This document shows positions 11,424-24,686 of a DNA stretch of 64,000 nucleotides, piece after piece (positions within the stretch are counted from its first letter, which is position 1; each line of letters opens with the position of its first letter). The notes beneath the pieces were generated by a model that saw only the letters and a program-made list of their open reading frames with translations, had not been told where the DNA came from and ran no database searches. This DNA comes from Selaginella moellendorffii (lineage: Eukaryota; Plantae; Lycopodiophyta), in NCBI RefSeq assembly GCF_000143415.4, contig NW_003314261.1, positions 3,650,880 to 3,714,879 on the forward strand. Direction: 5' to 3'. The position numbers and the translations under genes are program-made.

Positions 11424-13230
11424 TGTAAGCGACTAAATTTTCCATTCTACTTTAGTCACTTAACCACACCTCTGACCACTTGGAGGAGTCTCATTCGCAA
11501 CCTCCATAAGTCCAATCCAGGACTTGGGACTTGCTAGCCCCGAGAATGGCATCCATGCCACTCAACATTTGCACTTGGTCAAAGTGCTCCACGTGTCCGA
11601 TCCCATGACCGACACTCAAAGGTACCACCGACATAGCAGCCCGTTACGCTAAGGCCATGCCCGATCACCTTTGCCACACTGGTAGTCCAATACCACTTGC
11701 ATCACCATCTTGGCTCTCCAAGACTAGGCAAACCATCCGTGAGTGGTCATCTCAGATCCACTCCTTAGCATCCTTAGGATGCCCACCGACAAGGGGAATA
11801 GCCTTCCCCAATATTCCTCTGTCAGTCCCCACTAAGTCCCTTTCCGCCCCTGGCCGTGTTTGCCAACACTGCCACTGGATCGAGACCCACAGGCCCGACC
11901 ACTAAGTCCCACGGTCCTCTGGGACTTCCTCACCACACGACTGTGTCCTTGGTCACTACCCCAGAGGACTGCTCCTCTTCCTTTCCACAGTCTAGGCCTT
12001 TGGGACAACATTTCGGAACACCGTGGCCTTACGCGAGCCACCTGGGTACTCTCCTCGCCTTCTGCCCTTGGGTGCTCTAGCCAGGGGCTTAGAGCGGGTT
12101 CCGTTGAGCCACACCAGGTATCCAAGTAGGTAGTGCCACCCACACTTGGACTGGGAGCATCGGCCAGTCGATCTCCCGGGGAAACTAGAGCCGGCTCTTG
12201 AACACTTCACCAAGCTACCCCGCTTGTCGGTCCGTATTCACTCTAGTCTTGGACTTCCCAGTGGTCAGTTCATCACCCAACACTGGGTTTGGCCCTTCCT
12301 GGGCCAAACTGGCCTTTCCTGGCCAAATTGGCTCCACTGCAGTCCTCCCCCTACTATACTTTTGGAGCTCACCAAACTCCCCAGGGTCTGGGAGACGAAC
12401 GCTTTGGGCTTTCACCCTCTCAGACTTGAACTCGGACTCGGACTCGGACTTGGACTCGGACTCAGACTCGGACTCGGGCTCGGGCTCGGTCTCGGCCTCG
12501 GCCTCGGTCTCGTTCTCGGTCCCGATCTCAGTCTCGGTCTCGATCTCGACTTCGGACTCCATCTCGGACTCCATCTCGGACTCCATCTCGGGTCCATCTC
12601 AGACTCCATTTCGGGTCCATCTCGGACTCCATCTCGGATCCATCTCGGACTCCATCTCGGACTCCATTTCGGGTCCATCTCGGACTCCATCTCGGACTCC
12701 ATTTCGGGTCCATCTCGGACTCCATCTTGGACTCCATTTCGGGTCCATCTCGGGTCCACCTCGGACTCCATCTCAGGTCCATCTCGGACTCCACTTCGGA
12801 CTCCAACTCAGGTCCATCTCGAACTCCACTTCGGACTCCAACTCGGGTCCATCTCGGACTCCACTTCGGACTCCAACTCGGGTCCATCTCGGACTCCACT
12901 TCGGACTCCAACTTGGGTCCATCTCGGACTCCACTTCGGACTCCAACTCGGGTCCATCTCGGACTCCACTTCGGACTCCAACTCGAGTCCATCTCGGACA
13001 CTTCCACATGTCATGTGTTGGTCCTTTTGGGTCCCTTTTTGGAGCCTCGCTTTTTGCTCGCTTTGTGCTCGTTCCTCGAGCACTTGTTTGGGAGTTCCAC
13101 TCCCGCTCTTGACTTTTCAAGTCGGAGCTTTTGGTCCAAACGTGTTACGCTCGTTTGGCTCTCGCTTCAGCCACTACCACGTGGCACCCTTCCGGCTCCA
13201 CTTTGGGGCCTAGGGATTTTGTGTCTCACA
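11424..13230 (-). repeat. 5' LTR (1807 bp)
   Basis: TG...CA ends; adjacent to the PBS. Confidence 0.92.
12428..12999. repeat. Compound minisatellite in the 5' LTR
   Basis: Same tiers, with 6 copies of the 35-bp unit at 12783-12992. Confidence 0.95.
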
Positions 13231-13394
13231 GTATCACCCAGCTTACAAAAGTGTGATACGCCTCTACTTGCAGGGAATGGAGTAATTCCAAGAACCAAGT
13301 CCATCTTATGTTGAATCCCACATTCCAAAGGCAAACCATTAAATAGCTCATCCAAAAATACATCACTGAATTCCTCTTGAAGTCTCATGCCCAT
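13231..13394 (-). pseudogene. Older Ty3/gypsy pol remnant interrupted by the LTR element
   Basis: LQEEFSDVFLDELFNGLPLECGIQHKMDLVLG resembles the gypsy protease-RT linker. A PSS*ATPVVVK RT-start-like stretch lies on the other side of the insertion (~5520-5560). Confidence 0.65.
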
Positions 13395-15859
13395 AAACGT
13401 ACTCCAAATTAGACATGATCATGTTAAAAATAAATAAGTATACCACAAAAGAATTAACGATCTCATGCATGCACTTCACCAATTTCAAAGCAGTAATTAA
13501 TAGAATATCATTATTGTCTTTCCCAACAATCTTTTTTATAGTGCCACCAACTTTGATATGTAAAACATTATGTTCTCAATCAATCTTTGGCTTCTTATCA
13601 TAAAATCATTCCTTCCCAAAAATAACATTTATATAACCAAAATCTATAACCTAAAATAAAAGATACCATCAAAAGAACACTTAAAGCCCATTCACCACAT
13701 AAATGCTATGTCTATCTACTATAACCACATTATAAGGTATTGAACTCTTTTTCATAAGCAAACCAAATTTTTCTCTATATAAACTTGAGACTTTAGTTCT
13801 TAACCCTTTGCCTGTGGAAGAGCCACCACAACATATACTTAAGTTATATTTGTGATGGAGTTCACCACATTCACTTAAGTGTTAACTCAAGGCTAGGTAA
13901 GATGAATATAGAACACAAGGTAGGGAGTAAATACCTACCTAGATAGTTGGTTCTCCTCTAGCATTTTTTGACCCTTTTATAAAAAGATAATATTTGCTTT
14001 AATGTCTAGCTTTGTGGCAATGAAAATAATTACCTTCTATTTTCTTTTTTTTGTCACAAATGTGATTATAAGTACTTAAAGTTATATAGTGAGTCTTTTT
14101 AGATATTCTTCTTTTACTGCCATGATAGTAGAATATTGATATTGTTTATTATTTTTTCAATTCCTTTTATTCAAATGTTAATAAATTATTTTTAACATTT
14201 GTACCTAACAAGATAAATATAAGGTCATGTTAAGCATATTTGGTTTGGTTTTTAATTTTCTTTTGCTCATTTTAAGAACTCCTAAGTATTAAGCTTAATA
14301 TCTTAATATTGCTACATAATAGTTTACCATGTCTACCAAAACACCCTCATATGTTAGTTTCATTCTAATCCTATATATTATTTATAGTAAATGTCTAGAT
14401 TTGCATAAGGGGCATATTTATGGAATGTAGAGAGTGTCCTAATTTGCAATTTAGCAGTTTTCCATATTTAGTAATAAATTTGTGACTAACTCACATGAAA
14501 TTCTCTATTTAGTAAATTTCAAATTTATCTAACTCTTGGGACTCATGTGAAAGCCTAGAACATGATTTCATATAAGCATTGATTTAGACTTTGTCATGCA
14601 ATGTATGATCATACATGAAATAAAAGTTGTGCTCAAAAGTGAGTAATACATTATATTATGACAATTTAAGCACATATATGGATTTTTTTTTCATATATTT
14701 TGGAAGTGTGTAAAATTTTTCACCAAACAGCCCACCGCCACCAAAATTGCACCGAATAATATTTTATATTTAGACAAAAGTTATAATAACAAAAGTAAAA
14801 ATACAACACTCAATATTGATCTTCCAGGTGGAGATCTTTCGATCCAGAATGCTTCCAGAGATCCATGTCGAGCTTCTTCAAAGCGGGATCCAGGGAAGCA
14901 CAAGAAAGAGATGTGGAGAAAGGTCGAAGTGGCAGTGAAGATGGAAGAACTAGGCGGAGGTCTTCTTCCCGTGCAAGAAAGCCAACACCATCGCATGGAG
15001 AAGATGGAAGAACTAGGGGTAAATCTTTCTCACAGCATGACTCTGTCCCGGGGGTGACGAAGGTCTAATGAAAGAACTAGGCGTTCCCGGATGGATTGCA
15101 AGAAAGACGCCACCACCAAGGGAAGCATTGCATGAAGAAGATGGAAGAACTTGGCGCAAAGGTCTTCCCGGATTGCTGTAAGCCGGACACCACCAACGCA
15201 ACCATCGCCGTCACCACGAGCAAAGCACTGTTTGGAAAGCCTTTGTCACGGCGGCGAGCCGGCACTGATGCCGAGCGGGATCCAGCTCGGTAGTTCACGT
15301 CCACGAATCCATTCATCACGGCCAAGATGAACAGATCGCACGTTCGTACTTGCTCGATCGGAAGTTTCTAAGTCCAGCAGTTCGCGCAACAGCACTTGCC
15401 ATCGTAGCATGGTGCTCGTGGATTCGAGCGGGGCAGAGTGGATCAGTGGCGGGTGGAGGAAGTTTGCGCTGGATCACTCCTTGCTCGCGCGCGTTAGGGT
15501 TCTTCGATCTTATGGATGTAATCAGGTGATACGAGTTCATATCTAGTTTGTTTTTGGCGATGGATTGCGATGTAAAAAGGACCTATCCAGCCATTCATCG
15601 AGGGAAAACATGACAAGGCATCGAGAACTTCGGGACAGAGAAGTTCGCGATACGAGCTTCGAGCTATGGCGGTTGCTCGATCTTGCGGAGCTTGCAAGCC
15701 GCGAGCGAGGGATGGAAGGGCATGGAGTTCGATCACGCGTGTATCCGGGCTCTACGCTCTGGTCGGCCACCTGTTGATTGAAGAGGATTCCACATCTTTG
15801 TGTGTCTTTCCCGTCGGTCCCGCGAATGCGCCGCGGGGCTCTTCGAGATTCCCAGATCT

Positions 15860-15921
15860 GCAGCATATGCCCAGAATGGGCATCGGATCAAGCGCTCGAT
15901 CTCTTCCGGCAAATGGCAGCT
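15860..15921 (+). pseudogene. PPR gene fragment
   Basis: AAYAQNGH, then a frameshift, then DQALDLFRQMAA: a single PPR motif remnant. Confidence 0.55.
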
Positions 15922-17287
15922 AACATACAGATGGCAGACACCATACGCACATGTTTTCCTTGTAACTTCTTAAATTCTTGAAAGAAAGTTCTGAATCAGG
16001 GCTAATAAAGACATCAAACCAGACTGTGTACAAGTCCCCAGGTGTTGTGCAGTGGCCTCCATAAACCACAACCTTGGCATCACTCCCTTCTAAGCTTGAA
16101 AGGTAATCCTTGACCCTCTCCCACACCTCATCGTCCTTGACAATAGCATACCCTTTGCTCCTGCAATTCGTGACAGGGATTGAGACCCTCGACTTGAGTT
16201 GCTCCTTTTCATCGCCCAGGAAGAAGACGAAAGTGGCATAGTCACAACTCACCGGCTGCTCCAATTTGGCACAACACCAGATTCATGGGGTGCTGCCCCA
16301 GATCAAGCACATCCCTCTTTTGCAGCAGGTGCCTTGACTGTAATGACCCTCGTCGTCGTCACGGGGGGAATCAGGAAAGCTATCCATCGACTTGTAGATC
16401 ATCTTCCATCGACTTGTATCCTTAGGTAGTGTCTTTTCTTTTATTACCCCGTGGCCAGCCACGTGGCACAATGGGAAAACGAGGCTGAAGGAAATCTCCC
16501 ATCAGCATTTGCGTTTCCTTGCTGACACCCACAAGTTTTTAAGATGAAACTTTTTACATCGTGCTTCTCCTCCGCCACTATAAGTTCCTGCAATAATCTA
16601 AATGATTGAAGCCTTACCACTACCTAATCCTTTTTAGCCTCTTCTTGTATATGAAAGACGTTCTTGAAGTTGACGAGTCTGCAACGGTTTATATCAAGTG
16701 TAAGTTGAAATTCATCCACCTGTAATTAATTGCTCCGCATGTATCTGTTGCAACTCGAAGTTCAATACCAATGTTAGATTCCAGCAGCAAAGTTTCCATT
16801 TCATGATAAGCACCCTGCCAAGGCATTTATTAATTTAAAAGCTGTGCACAGAGTGAAGAAACGAAAAAACAGGAAAGCATTTACCGCCTCGAGAACCTGT
16901 TTGGCCTGTTTAGTGTTAGTTGCCTGAATTCTTGTGTATCAAGCTACCATTTCTGGAGTTTCCACCTGCAAGGTTAAAAAAATCATACTCCACAAGGTAT
17001 ATGAAAAGGTATACCTCCAAAGATCCAAATCCGAATGCATTTTTACCTCGTTCACTAGAGCACAGTTACTCTTATAGCTCGACTGACAAATTGCAGTGGA
17101 CCCTTAGCATGCACCTATAAATAAAATGACCATTCGTTAAGATAGAAAAAGAAGAGAAGTAAAGAAGAGAAAGAACGCTTACCTTTGCCAGTGTAACAAT
17201 GATAACTCTACCGAAAGCAGGCTGAAGTATCTGAGTTAATTTGCTATCCCAAAGATCGGGACGTGATATCTTGGAACAGCATCGTTT
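15920..17287 (-). pseudogene. Spliced pseudogene of unknown family
   Basis: ORFs 16283-16471 and 15920-16264 are in the same frame, separated by one TGA. Several short GT-AG-bounded exon-like blocks lie upstream, some with stops. Product not recognised. Confidence 0.35.
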
Positions 17288-18119
17288 CTGGGGAAGGACG
17301 TGACCAAAAAGCTATATGTCAAAAGGCACATACCGAGTTTCATATCCTTCACTTAGTATGTTGATTACAGTTCCGAGAGTGCCAATCTGCTGCCGAAGCG
17401 TCTCGCCCTTCACAGTGCCTTTGGAGGTTGGCTCCGGCCAGAAGAAGATTCTATCAAGGAGAAGAGCAAATAGTGGAGAACTTCCTAAACGCCATCGTCA
17501 AGCTGCACAAGGTTTGTTGCGGAGAATCCCCCCAGGGACTTTGTGGGCGTGATGCTATGTGTAGGCAGAAGATAGAGAGTTTTTTCTGCGGGTATTATAC
17601 ATGGAAATTTATGATTCTCGGGAGAACAGGAAATTATGAAACATTGAGAGGAGAAAGTTTCTTGCCTTGGAGAAGGTATGTGAAAAAAACCTCCATTCCT
17701 TGACTTACTGTGTTCACGATACGCTGGCCCGGCAGGCGCATGAAGAGCTTGACCGGGTCGTGAAGGAACCGCTGAGAGTCATTAGGTTAGCTTGAGGCTT
17801 GACAAGCTCTCGAGAGTTTTTCGCCTTCGTCTATCCCTCCCCCCATCCATCGAGCAAGTGGTAAAGCGAGGATTATGTTCATTCACGTGACCGAGGCGCT
17901 GGTGCCGCTACAAGTGGAAGGTGTGAAAGGTAGTTGATTGTGTGAGGCGCAAGAATTCTATTATTATCATCGTTTATTCTAGGAACTTGGCGATGTTTTC
18001 TTGGCAACATGAAAAAGAAAGGTCTTTGCATCACAAAAGCCAATTTCACTGGTTAGTATATTCTAAAGTTACCCATCTATATAAATACCCTAACTTCTCT
18101 TATGTAAACGAAGCTGCCA

Positions 18120-19834
18120 ATGAAGAAAAGGAAGGGAGAGTTTGTGGATGTGGGGGAGAAGAAGCAAAGAATAAGGGAGTCCTCCTCCTCCCAAAAACGG
18201 TTAATGACAATAAATCTGATGAATCACCAGAAGCAAGCGGTAGCCTGGATGCTAGAGCGCGCGAGTTTAGCACCACAAAAGGTGGTATCCTTGCAGACGA
18301 TCAGGGCTTGGGCAAAACCCTCTCAGCCATAGCTCTCATCGTCAAGGCGGGACCAAGGCCAAGGGGTACGGGTACCAACGTTAAGGGTGGTACGCTCATC
18401 GTTTGCCCAGTAAGTGTGATCCGGCAGTGGGAGCACGAGATCAGAACCAAGGTGGCGGCCAGTGCACCACTCTCCACACTAGTCTACCACGACCAAGGCA
18501 AACGCAAGGTGACGCTAGAGAAGCTGGCATCGTACGACGTGGTGATCACCACGTACGGAGTTGTGGCCAAGGAGCGGTGCTTGAACGTCGAAGTCTTTGA
18601 CACCGGTCGTGTAGCTTGGAGGGAGCGCTCCGGTCCACTAGCCAATGTGAAGTGGCATAGGGTGGTGTTGGACGAGGCACAATCCATCCGGAATGCCTAC
18701 ACTGATGTCTCAATGTCTTGCATGCGTCTCTCTGCAACCTACAGATGGGGTCTTTCGGGAACGCCATTCCAAAACAACATCAAGGATCTATATGCCTTCT
18801 TTTGCTTTCTTCGAGTCAAGCCCTAGTGTAGCGATTGGAGAGCTTTTGACCAGCAGTATGAGGAGTATGAGAAGACAGGCTACTCGGCAGAACTCAAGGT
18901 GGCGCTTGAGAGCATTGTGCTGCGGCGGAGCAAGAAATCGATCATTAATGGTGAGCCAGTGCTCCGGCTGCCGCCCAGGCTGGTCAACCGGGTGGAGGTG
19001 GAGCTCTCGCAGCAGGAGAGGGAACTCTATGAAAACCTTCGAAAGGAGTACCAGGATAGGATCAGTGAGTACAGGAGCAAAGGGACGTTACACATGAACA
19101 GGTTTATCATTTTGAGCATGCTGTTGCGGCTGAGGCAAATGTGTGACCATCCGGCTCTGCTCGACAGTGAACATCTCTTTCGAGTCGACGAAGAAGATGA
19201 TCTGATCACGGAGGATGGAAGTGGCCTGAAGGAGATGAGAGAGGCCGTCAGGAAGCTCCAGCTGGAGGCCCGGGAGAAGCAAGAGGATTTTGATCGCAGC
19301 GTGCAAGAGATTGGCCAGTCTGCAAAGCTGAAAGCCGCATTAAGAGTGCTCGACATGACCCCTCGGGGAGAGAAATCCCTCATCTTCTCGCAGTGGACAT
19401 CAATGCTCAACCTGATCGAGCCGGAGCTGGAAGGAGCCGGGATCCAGTTCTCCAGGATCGACGGGAGCATGAGTGCGGGAAAACGAGTTGCGGCAATCAA
19501 AAGATTTAGTGAGGATCCAGATGTGGTGGTGATGTTGATATCTCTCAGGGCTGGGCTCAACCTGGTGGCCGCGTCTCATGTGCTTTTAATGGATATGTGG
19601 TGGAACCCCACGACTGAAGACCAGGCAATTGACCGGACGCACCGCATTGGTCAAACCCGGCCAGTCCACGTGACCAGGTTTGTGGTCAAACAGACTGTCC
19701 AAGAACATGTGTTGGAGATCCAGGAGAAGAAAAAGAAGCTGGTAGAATTTGTGTTTGGGGAGAAAAGCTCTGAAGAGCAGAGTCTCAGCATTGATGAACT
19801 TGCTTCAATGTTTGAGCTCCAAAATTTGGCTTGA
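18120..19834 (+). pseudogene. Intronless SNF2-family (RAD5/RAD16-like) helicase pseudogene
   Basis: Motifs HQKQAVAWMLER, GGILADDQGLGKT, LDEAQ, LSGTP, FSQWTSML and QAIDRTHRIGQ. A 2-bp GC slip at ~18259-18262 causes a frameshift and there is an in-frame TAG at 18824-18826. No RING finger. Confidence 0.88.
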
Positions 19835-20638
19835 CTCAATTTTTTTAAGAATTGCATTTACTAATAGTTTGCTTCATTAACTTCATATAATATAAAAAAT
19901 TATGTCTAAATATAAAAATATTATCTAATATATGTATAATACACAATCTACATCAAAAATCATTTAATAAAGAGTATAATCTAAATAAATTGCTGCGTGT
20001 TAGCAATGTTTTCTTTACATAAATATTAGTGCTTATTATTTATTAATTAAATTAATCAATTGAAAGTTTATAATGATATACATGTTAATAATTTATAAAC
20101 ACAAGATTAATCTTATTACATATCAACCATTAGATTTTAGAATAAAATAGAATATACTAGAAAGTGCTTAGAAAAGTTTATAAATTATAAAAACAAGATT
20201 AATTTAAATAAATAGCAACTATTAGATTGTAGAATATTCTAAATATCCAAGTATATTCTATGTATATCTGACATATTATATCAAATTAAAAAACCTATTA
20301 GAGATGTTGAAAAGATAATACTTAAGAAAGATATCTCTTACAACATCTAAAATAATTATATTAGTTACCAGTCTTAAGTAGATTAAACATAGCCAAATTT
20401 CAGTAGACAAGGCTCCCTTAAAAAACTACCATTACTTAAGGAATGAATGTAATCCTTCATTTTCAAAAGATATTATTTTTCAAAATTAAGACAAAATCCT
20501 ACTTTGGGAGGAACATAGATACTCAGGCATGGGAAATATTTCATCATGTTAAGAGGATTCTCTTATAAGTCTCCATCACTTTTGCAAGAAAAAAATAAAA
20601 ATAAAAAAATTCTACTCTATAGTGATTTATCATAGAAT

Positions 20639-23305
20639 GAGCTGATTCGCACAATCCTAAAGTTAAGTATGATTTTTAGGACATTTTTACTTTGTATTTA
20701 GTCCTAAAGTTAGGACAAGTGTCTTAACTTAAGTTTAAGTTATTTTCACTAGAAAAATCCTGATTTGCACTTAATACTTTTTTAAGGTGGTTAACTTAAA
20801 TTTAGGATATCACATTGAAAAGTTAAGGATCCACACCCACCCCAATCTTTAACTTTTGTAGCTAAAATTCAATTGGCATATTCTTTGGGCCAGCATGGTA
20901 GGGAGTGGGTGTGGTGCAAGATCTGGTGGTGCCATAAGATCAACTGGTGGAGCTTGTGGGCGCCGCATGATGCCCCTTCAAGCCAATGCCACAACATCTG
21001 CAGCATTAGTGGCTGTAGTAGTGGAGCCCAAGACCCCAATAAGCTTTCTTTATTCTTTTTCTCTAGATTTGCATTCCAATCAATTTAGGAAACAATCAAG
21101 AAGGATGACCTAATCTAGGTAAACAAGGAGAATGAGCAAGGACAAGTTAAGTGTAGTTGGGGAAAGAATTGGTCACATTAGGAGACTATGTTCTTTATAG
21201 ACCTCAAGAGCCAAAACTTCATAAAGTAGTTAGAGTTGACAAGCTGTGAGAAAAGGGTTACAATTGCAAAGAGGTGGAACATCATTGAGGCCAAGTTGGT
21301 AGACTATGGTTTCAAGGATAGAGATGGAATGGCTTACCAATGGTGTTGGCTAAACATTTCTGATGAATACAAGAATATAAATAATTACCAAAACAAGAGT
21401 GTCAATTTCTTCACCCTTCCAAGGAGTAGATGCAAGATATTTACAAGGCTATGGATAGTTACATGGGAATTTGGGCTGCAACAAACCCTCTATATATTAC
21501 AGATAGCAATGCTGACTTTAAAACTACTGTTGCAGCCATTGTTGTTGAAAGGGCAAAGGAACTTGAAAGTTGGCTTCCTCATCTACATTTTCTTCTTCCA
21601 CTAAGTTGAATCATAATACTACAACATGAACTCATCCCACCAAGTTGAGCACCTAAGCTTCACCCACCAAATGCCTAGTATGCCTAGTCTATAGTTGAAA
21701 GCTACACCTAATTCCACTCAAGACTCATTATCATCTTTCAATTCATGCAAAGTGCAACATCTATCATCTAAAAACCTCTTAATACCTCAATCACTAAAAG
21801 AAGAGCCCAACTTATGATATGCCAAGTTTTATTCTCCACTCCATATGGTTCAATCTCCTCCATGTAGGGCTGGAGGATCTCTATCTCCTAGGTTTGGATC
21901 ATATCCATTTCCTAGGTTCTGCATGTGGGGATTATGAAGAAGAACACATAGTGGAGGAGATATAGATGTTTGGCTAGGGTTAACACTTTGCAAGCTCTTC
22001 AAGAACCTTGACTACAATGGGCTTTTTTCCAAGTTTGCTATTGGGGAATCTATAGCTCATGAGATATAGATACAACTACTGCTATAATTCAGATACTTGG
22101 CTACAAGATCATGTTCCTAGAAAATGCAGTTCAAGTTTAGGAGGTCATTAAACAATTCTAGAGGATTATACACACAAAGCTCCTGAATGTTGTAGGTGAT
22201 ATTGATTGCACATATTTTGAGATTGTGCAACCCTTGACTAGTGATGGTGTGGATTACTTCGATAGGAAGTAGAGGTACAGCATCATAATACAAGCTATTT
22301 ACAATGCAAGGAAGAGGCTTTTTAGCATCTACATTGGTTGGCTAGGTAAGCTTGGCTTCTAGTTTTCATTTTTAATTGCTTTTTTATATAAAAAGTGTTT
22401 ATGACATGTTGGAGGAATTCAAGGTTAAGGGTGAAGATTGCAAACGGGCAACTACTGCAATAGCTAGTTACCCTGGCTTTCAATGAGCGGGTGAGGCTAG
22501 ACCTCATTGGAGATAAAGGATACCAGCTTTAGTCATACTTGATATTCCCCATCTTGGTAAACTTTCAAGTTTTGGTTTAAAGATTTTATGCTTTTGGTTT
22601 TTGCAAGTGTAAACCTTGGGGTGGGTGAGAAAACCTTTAACGATCACTATTACATGGTAAGGATTATGGTTGAGCAAGCTTTCAACTTGCTTAAGTAGAG
22701 ATTTTGATGCCTGGATCAGAAGCAAAAGGTACACCCCAAGTACTTCACCACTTTCATCCAAGCATATTACATTTTACATAATGTTTTCATCAACTTGGGT
22801 GAAGTAAATGTTGAGCGAGAAATAGACGCTTGAATACTAAATGTGAGCAATGGAGACTTCAGTGAGGGGTACTCTTTAATTGCTATTGCCTTTTGGTTGA
22901 GTACCCAAACCCTATTAGCATTTGATAGCTTAGGATGATGTGGCTAAGGTCTACTTTACCTTTGGGCAACATCTTTGTTTCCCTGATCATTGAATTATAA
23001 GTTTTCCAAATTTCAAATTTAAAACTGAAGGGAAGTTCAAATTTGAAATTATTCCACTTTTAAGATAAATACCATGTTTGAATGAAAGAGTTTGTTTTCT
23101 TAAAATTTAAGATAAGATTATATGTGAAGTAGATGTGTTTTTAACATAAATTTGATTTATGAGAAGTTATATATTTGAAGCAAAATTTCCTTAAATTTTA
23201 TCTTAAAATGCTTAAGTAAGGACTAAATGCAAAATAACCATAATAGATAGCTTTAAGGTAGTACATAAGTTTAAGTTAGGATAAAGACTATGTACGAATG
23301 GACTC
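20639..23305 (+). mobile_element. Decayed PIF/Harbinger DNA transposon (Myb/trihelix-like ORF + DDE transposase)
   Basis: Transposase remnants VVGDIDCT..DYFDRK*RYSIIIQAI..IYIGWLG (~22185-22345), LIGDKGY (~22503) and RIMVEQAFNLLK*RF..ILHNVF (~22660-22790). Myb-like remnant at ~21160-21400. Imperfect 15-bp TIRs (11/15) flanked by AAT on both sides. Confidence 0.82.
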
Positions 23306-24622
23306 AATAACCACGGAGTGGAACTTAGACCTTTGGCTATATGTTTAAAGGCAATGGAGTGAAACTTAAGTTTCAAATTCTTGAATTATTGAACAAAGGG
23401 ACAGAGTTGAACTCTAAAATATGCAACTAAAGAGTGAAAGGATTAAAGTATGGAGTGACTCTTAAGCATTCAACCCAAGAAGAAAAGCATGAATGTTAAA
23501 ACATTTAACATCTCAATACCAGAACCAATATGCAAAACAAAGCTAAACAGAATTTGGCACTATTTCAATATAATAGTGGCATAACGTAATGATATAGATA
23601 CTTTACTAGCTAGTATAGTATCTATATCAGTGTGGAGTTTGAGCTTAGATGCAAGATGAATATAGAATAAGGACAACACAAGTAAAAATTAGACTACTCA
23701 ACCTACCCATTATCTCTATTATATATTTAGAACCTCAACAACATCACCCGCACTTTGTTCATCATAATTGCACACATTTTCTACAATTTGATGATGAACA
23801 TTGAATTTTAATCTAGCCATAGCCACAAATGCTACAAAACATTAATGGTTTTTTTCTTTCATAGTTTATTTATTTTCTAGGCTTATCTTTTTTGTTGGTT
23901 AACATCTCCTCAGAACTCACTTCAAGGATAAAAGTTCTTTCTCATTGCCTTGATACACTGTCAAATATCACTAATAGAGTTCTTAGTATCCTCATCTTAT
24001 ACTAGATGAAATGATTCTAGACATTGTTTAGACCGATTTTACTCTTCAATTTTGGTAAATTTAATTTCTAGCTTCCCAAAGATTGCTAAAGTTTTCTATT
24101 GTTTGGTTGTAAATCTTTAGTTATAAGTGAATTCCAGCTTATAGTCTCCACTAGCATGATCAACAACATGCAATGGCTCCATGTGTTGATGCACATGAGC
24201 TGGATTTAACACTCTTAACAATTTATTCTATCCCATGTTATTGAATTTGGTGGATACAATCATAGTGTTGACCAAGAGCAAAATTCACATGTTAATGTTA
24301 ATTCTCACAAGAGGCAATTAAGTCTACAACAACAAACCTCTGACAATGTTTTGTGCATAAAGATTTTAATTAGATGTAACCATTACAATATTTGAATAAT
24401 AATAAAATGCTTTTGGGTTTTCTAGCACTAAGTTGGAGCATAAGGCCCACTTTTGAATCTCCTTGTAAATATTCTGTTTTTTAATTTTTTGATTAATCAA
24501 AGTCTCTTGAAATTCTATATGTTGCATTTAGAGGGAGGATCCCACCTCAATTACTAATATCACTTTGGATTAATATATAACCCAACAAAAAAGGGATGTG
24601 ATGCAAATTTATTTCCAACTCC

Positions 24623-24627
<5 letters not shown>

Positions 24628-24682
<55 letters not shown>
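24628..24682. repeat. (TA)n microsatellite
   Basis: About 27 uninterrupted TA units. Confidence 0.97.

Positions 24683-24686
<4 letters not shown>

Larger units (their letters stand above)
5617..13230 (-). mobile_element. LTR retrotransposon, probably non-autonomous, with a decayed internal region
   Basis: Direct repeats at 5617-7328 (TA..CA) and 11424-13230 (TG..CA). The flanks GTGTC/GTATC are a 4/5 TSD. The tRNA-iMet-type PBS TGGTATCGGAGC is on the minus strand at 11420-11409, and the PPT GGGTGGTGGAG is next to 7329. No intact gag/pol ORF. Confidence 0.93.
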
